Source: Octopus bimaculoides
Taxonomy: Eukaryota
Length of the DNA: 64,000 nucleotides
Assembly (NCBI RefSeq): GCF_001194135.2
Contig: NC_068982.1
Location: 91,383,681-91,447,680, forward strand
Reading direction: 5' to 3'
Part shown: positions 61,558 through 64,000 of the stretch, piece by piece
Layout of the letters: each line of letters opens with the position of its first letter
Numbering within the stretch: the first letter of the stretch is position 1
The notes under the pieces: model-generated
What the model saw: only the letters and a program-made list of their open reading frames with translations
The model's database searches: none
Told to the model about the DNA's origin: nothing
Position numbers and translations under genes: made by a program

Positions 61558-61790
61558 AAGTCCTGGTGTTTTTGTTATGTATTTGTCTGAATATTTTTTT
61601 TATCATTCCTAATGCTCCAATTATGATAGGAATTGTTTCTGTTTTTAGATTCCACACTCGAGTTACCTCTATTTCCAAGTCTTTGTATTTTGAAAGTTTC
61701 TCCATTCCTTTTAGAGAAACTTTGTCATCTGTTGGTATTGATACATTAATTAGAAAGCATCATCATCATTATTATTATTATTATTATTAT

Positions 61791-62240
61791 TAAGGTGGCA
61801 AGCTGGTAGAATTGTTAGCAAGCTGGGCTAGATACTTAGCGACATTTCATCCATTTTTATGTTCTGAGTTCAAATTCCACCAAGGTCGACTTTACCTTTC
61901 ATCTTTTTGGGGTCACTAAATTAAGTACCAGTTAAGTACTGGAGTTGATGTAATCAACTTACCTCTTCCCTAAAATTTCAGGCCTTGTGCTTTTAGTAGA
62001 AAGGATTATTATTATCTGTTAAAAATCATTTATGTTAGAAGGCAGAATTGTTAACAAGCCAGGCAAAATGCTTAGCAGTACTTTGTCCATCTTTATGTTC
62101 CGAGTTCAAATTCCATCAAGGTTGATTTTGATTTTCGTCCTTTCAGGGTCAATAAATTAAGTACCAGTCGATTACTGGGGTCAATATAGTCGACTAGATT
62201 TCAGGAATGTGCTTATAGTAGAAAGGATTATTATTATTAT
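61791..62240 (+). mobile_element. Two tandem family B SINEs (61791-62015 and 62038-62240)
   Basis: Each has gttagc...ttatgttc(t/c)gagttcaaattcca...aagtaccagt...tagtagaaaggattattatt. Confidence 0.82.
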
Positions 62241-62574
62241 ACATATTTCTATATCTAAGATGAGTCACCGCAAGAATAATTCAAAATTACTAGACTATTT
62301 TTCTTGACCTTGTGTTCAATCACTCTCATTTTTGATAATCCATGGAATAACAGAATCTCAAACATGAAGAACAGTTAAAACATGATGACAAGAAGAGCAT
62401 CTGACCATGAAATCCTGCTTCAATTCTCAATAACAATCCATCCTAGTATGGAAAAAAATATATGAATGAATATTTTTATTGATCTTTTCATCAAATAATA
62501 GAAATAAAATGGTTAAGTGTGATAAACAATTTTTTTTTCAATACCAGTATAAGTGCTTTATCAGTTTGACACTG

Positions 62575-62830
62575 GTTCCAGTTGATCCAATCAACAAAAC
62601 ATGCTACTTGTGAAATTAACATGCAAGTGACTGAGCACTCTACAGACACGCATACACTTAACATAGCTCTCAGGGAGATTCAGAGTGACACAGAATGTAG
62701 TACCGGAATTACAGGTACTACTCATTTTTATCAGCTGAATGGACCGGAGCAATGTGAAATAAGGTGTCTTGCTCAAGGACACACCGCGCTGCTGGAAATC
62801 GACCTTACGATCATGAACCAAACACCCAAA
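62575..62830 (-). mobile_element. Degenerate SINE related to family C at its tail
   Basis: ggttccagttgatccaatcaac...gaaattaacatgcaagtgactgagcactc matches 7847-7925. Confidence 0.65.
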
Positions 62831-63827
62831 CAACAAGACTAAGTACCTTCGTTACTTGATAAATAAATAACTCTTGAAAATACTCTCTCTCTCTCTCTCT
62901 CTATGTTCCATACCTACAAGCATTGGCAATCATAGGCCACCATGCCAAAGTCAGAAAATTTTCATGACATTTTCCTCAAGAAAAAATACGATAATGGTTT
63001 CCAGTTGTCTTCTGCCAGTTTATTTGTATTTTTACTGTGCTAGTCTCCTATTCTCTTGACATTACCTTCGATACACTGGGCTTTATTTAAACCTTAGAAA
63101 GCGGAGCTGGTCCCCTTGACACCAGAGATACCGGTAGGCCTATGTGACATATCTAGGGACTAACCTTCCTCCGAGACCAGTAACTTAAACCCCAGGACTA
63201 TTCCCTCTCTCACGTAACAAGGGCCCGTGGCTGGTATTACCACCCTGAGCCAGAGTGAATCTCGGAGTGGTGGTGACACATGGTAAATTCCATACACCTC
63301 AAAATTCCTGAACACCTGAGCTGTAACCTCACCATCAGATGCAGTTTCCTGTTTTGTCCAGAACACCTTAAACCTCAGTGCAGTGTAAACCTCCAAATCA
63401 TCTTAAGAACCCTACACACACACATTTTTAGAAGGTTGCTTGATATGGCTGGTCAGAAAGCAACCATTGGTTTCGTACCTATAATGGTAAGAGCTTTATA
63501 TGCGACTTGTCAGACTTTAATGTTTTAGAGTGTGCTTCTTTTTCTGATATATGAACTACTGACTGGATGGTTGGGGGCTGAACACAGAGGGGACAAAATA
63601 CAAAGTAGAACTTTTCTTTTTGGGGAGAGGAGAGAAAAAAAAAAGGGATAGATAGATAGATAGACAGACGGGCGGGCGGACGGACATACATACTTTTGCA
63701 AGCTGAAATTCAACACAAGTGTTGGTTCAATGTTATTAAAATGTAGGACTGCTGTAAAGTGATTACGAGCATTGAAGTTTCGTACCATAAGTAAAAATCT
63801 TCAGTTCAAGCCTTTAAATATTGATTT

Positions 63828-64000
63828 CTAATTTTAGGCACAAGCCCAACAATTTCTCGAGAGAGTAAATCAGTTATATCGACCCCAGTGCTCAAGTGGT
63901 ACTTATTCTATCGACCCCGAAAAGATGAAAAGTAAAGTCGACCTTGGTGGAACTTGAACTCAGAACGAAATGCCGCTAAGAATCTTGTGCAACGTGCTAA
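63828..64000 (-). mobile_element. Family B SINE cut by the window edge
   Basis: gcacaagccc...cgaccccagtgc...gtcgaccttggtggaacttgaactcagaacg...cgtgctaa. Confidence 0.8.

Overview
AT-rich eukaryotic genomic DNA with 8 N-gaps. The repeat content (tRNA-derived SINEs, RTE LINEs, TA/CA microsatellites) looks like an octopus/coleoid cephalopod genome; this is inferred from repeat style, not a database hit. Two spliced protein-coding genes lie on the + strand. (1) The 3' part of a TACC-family (transforming acidic coiled-coil) gene: 13 exons from before nt 1 to the stop at 20120, with all intron phases consistent. (2) A complete 4-exon ARL9/ARL10-like small GTPase gene, 31411-50322, 261 aa, with an N-terminal hydrophobic anchor and a CpG-rich promoter carrying TCTCGCGAGA and CCGGAAGTG motifs. 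The rest is transposon-derived: at least three tRNA-SINE families, RTE fragments, a mellifera-type mariner, a piggyBac remnant and MITEs, a hAT-Charlie MITE, a non-autonomous Helitron and a probable solo LTR. The most interesting non-coding signals are two back-to-back inverted structures that each contain minimal dimer-type hammerhead ribozyme motifs. At 33734-34022 a 144-bp-arm palindrome carries a hammerhead with a compensatory G3:C8 core swap (GUGAACA). At 59599-60623 a Penelope-like element end joins a GIY-YIG C-terminus, a tRNA-like Pol III head and a CUGAUGA hammerhead. A 72-bp donor-bearing tandem array with an inverted copy appears to supply the 5' splice site of the large TACC exon.
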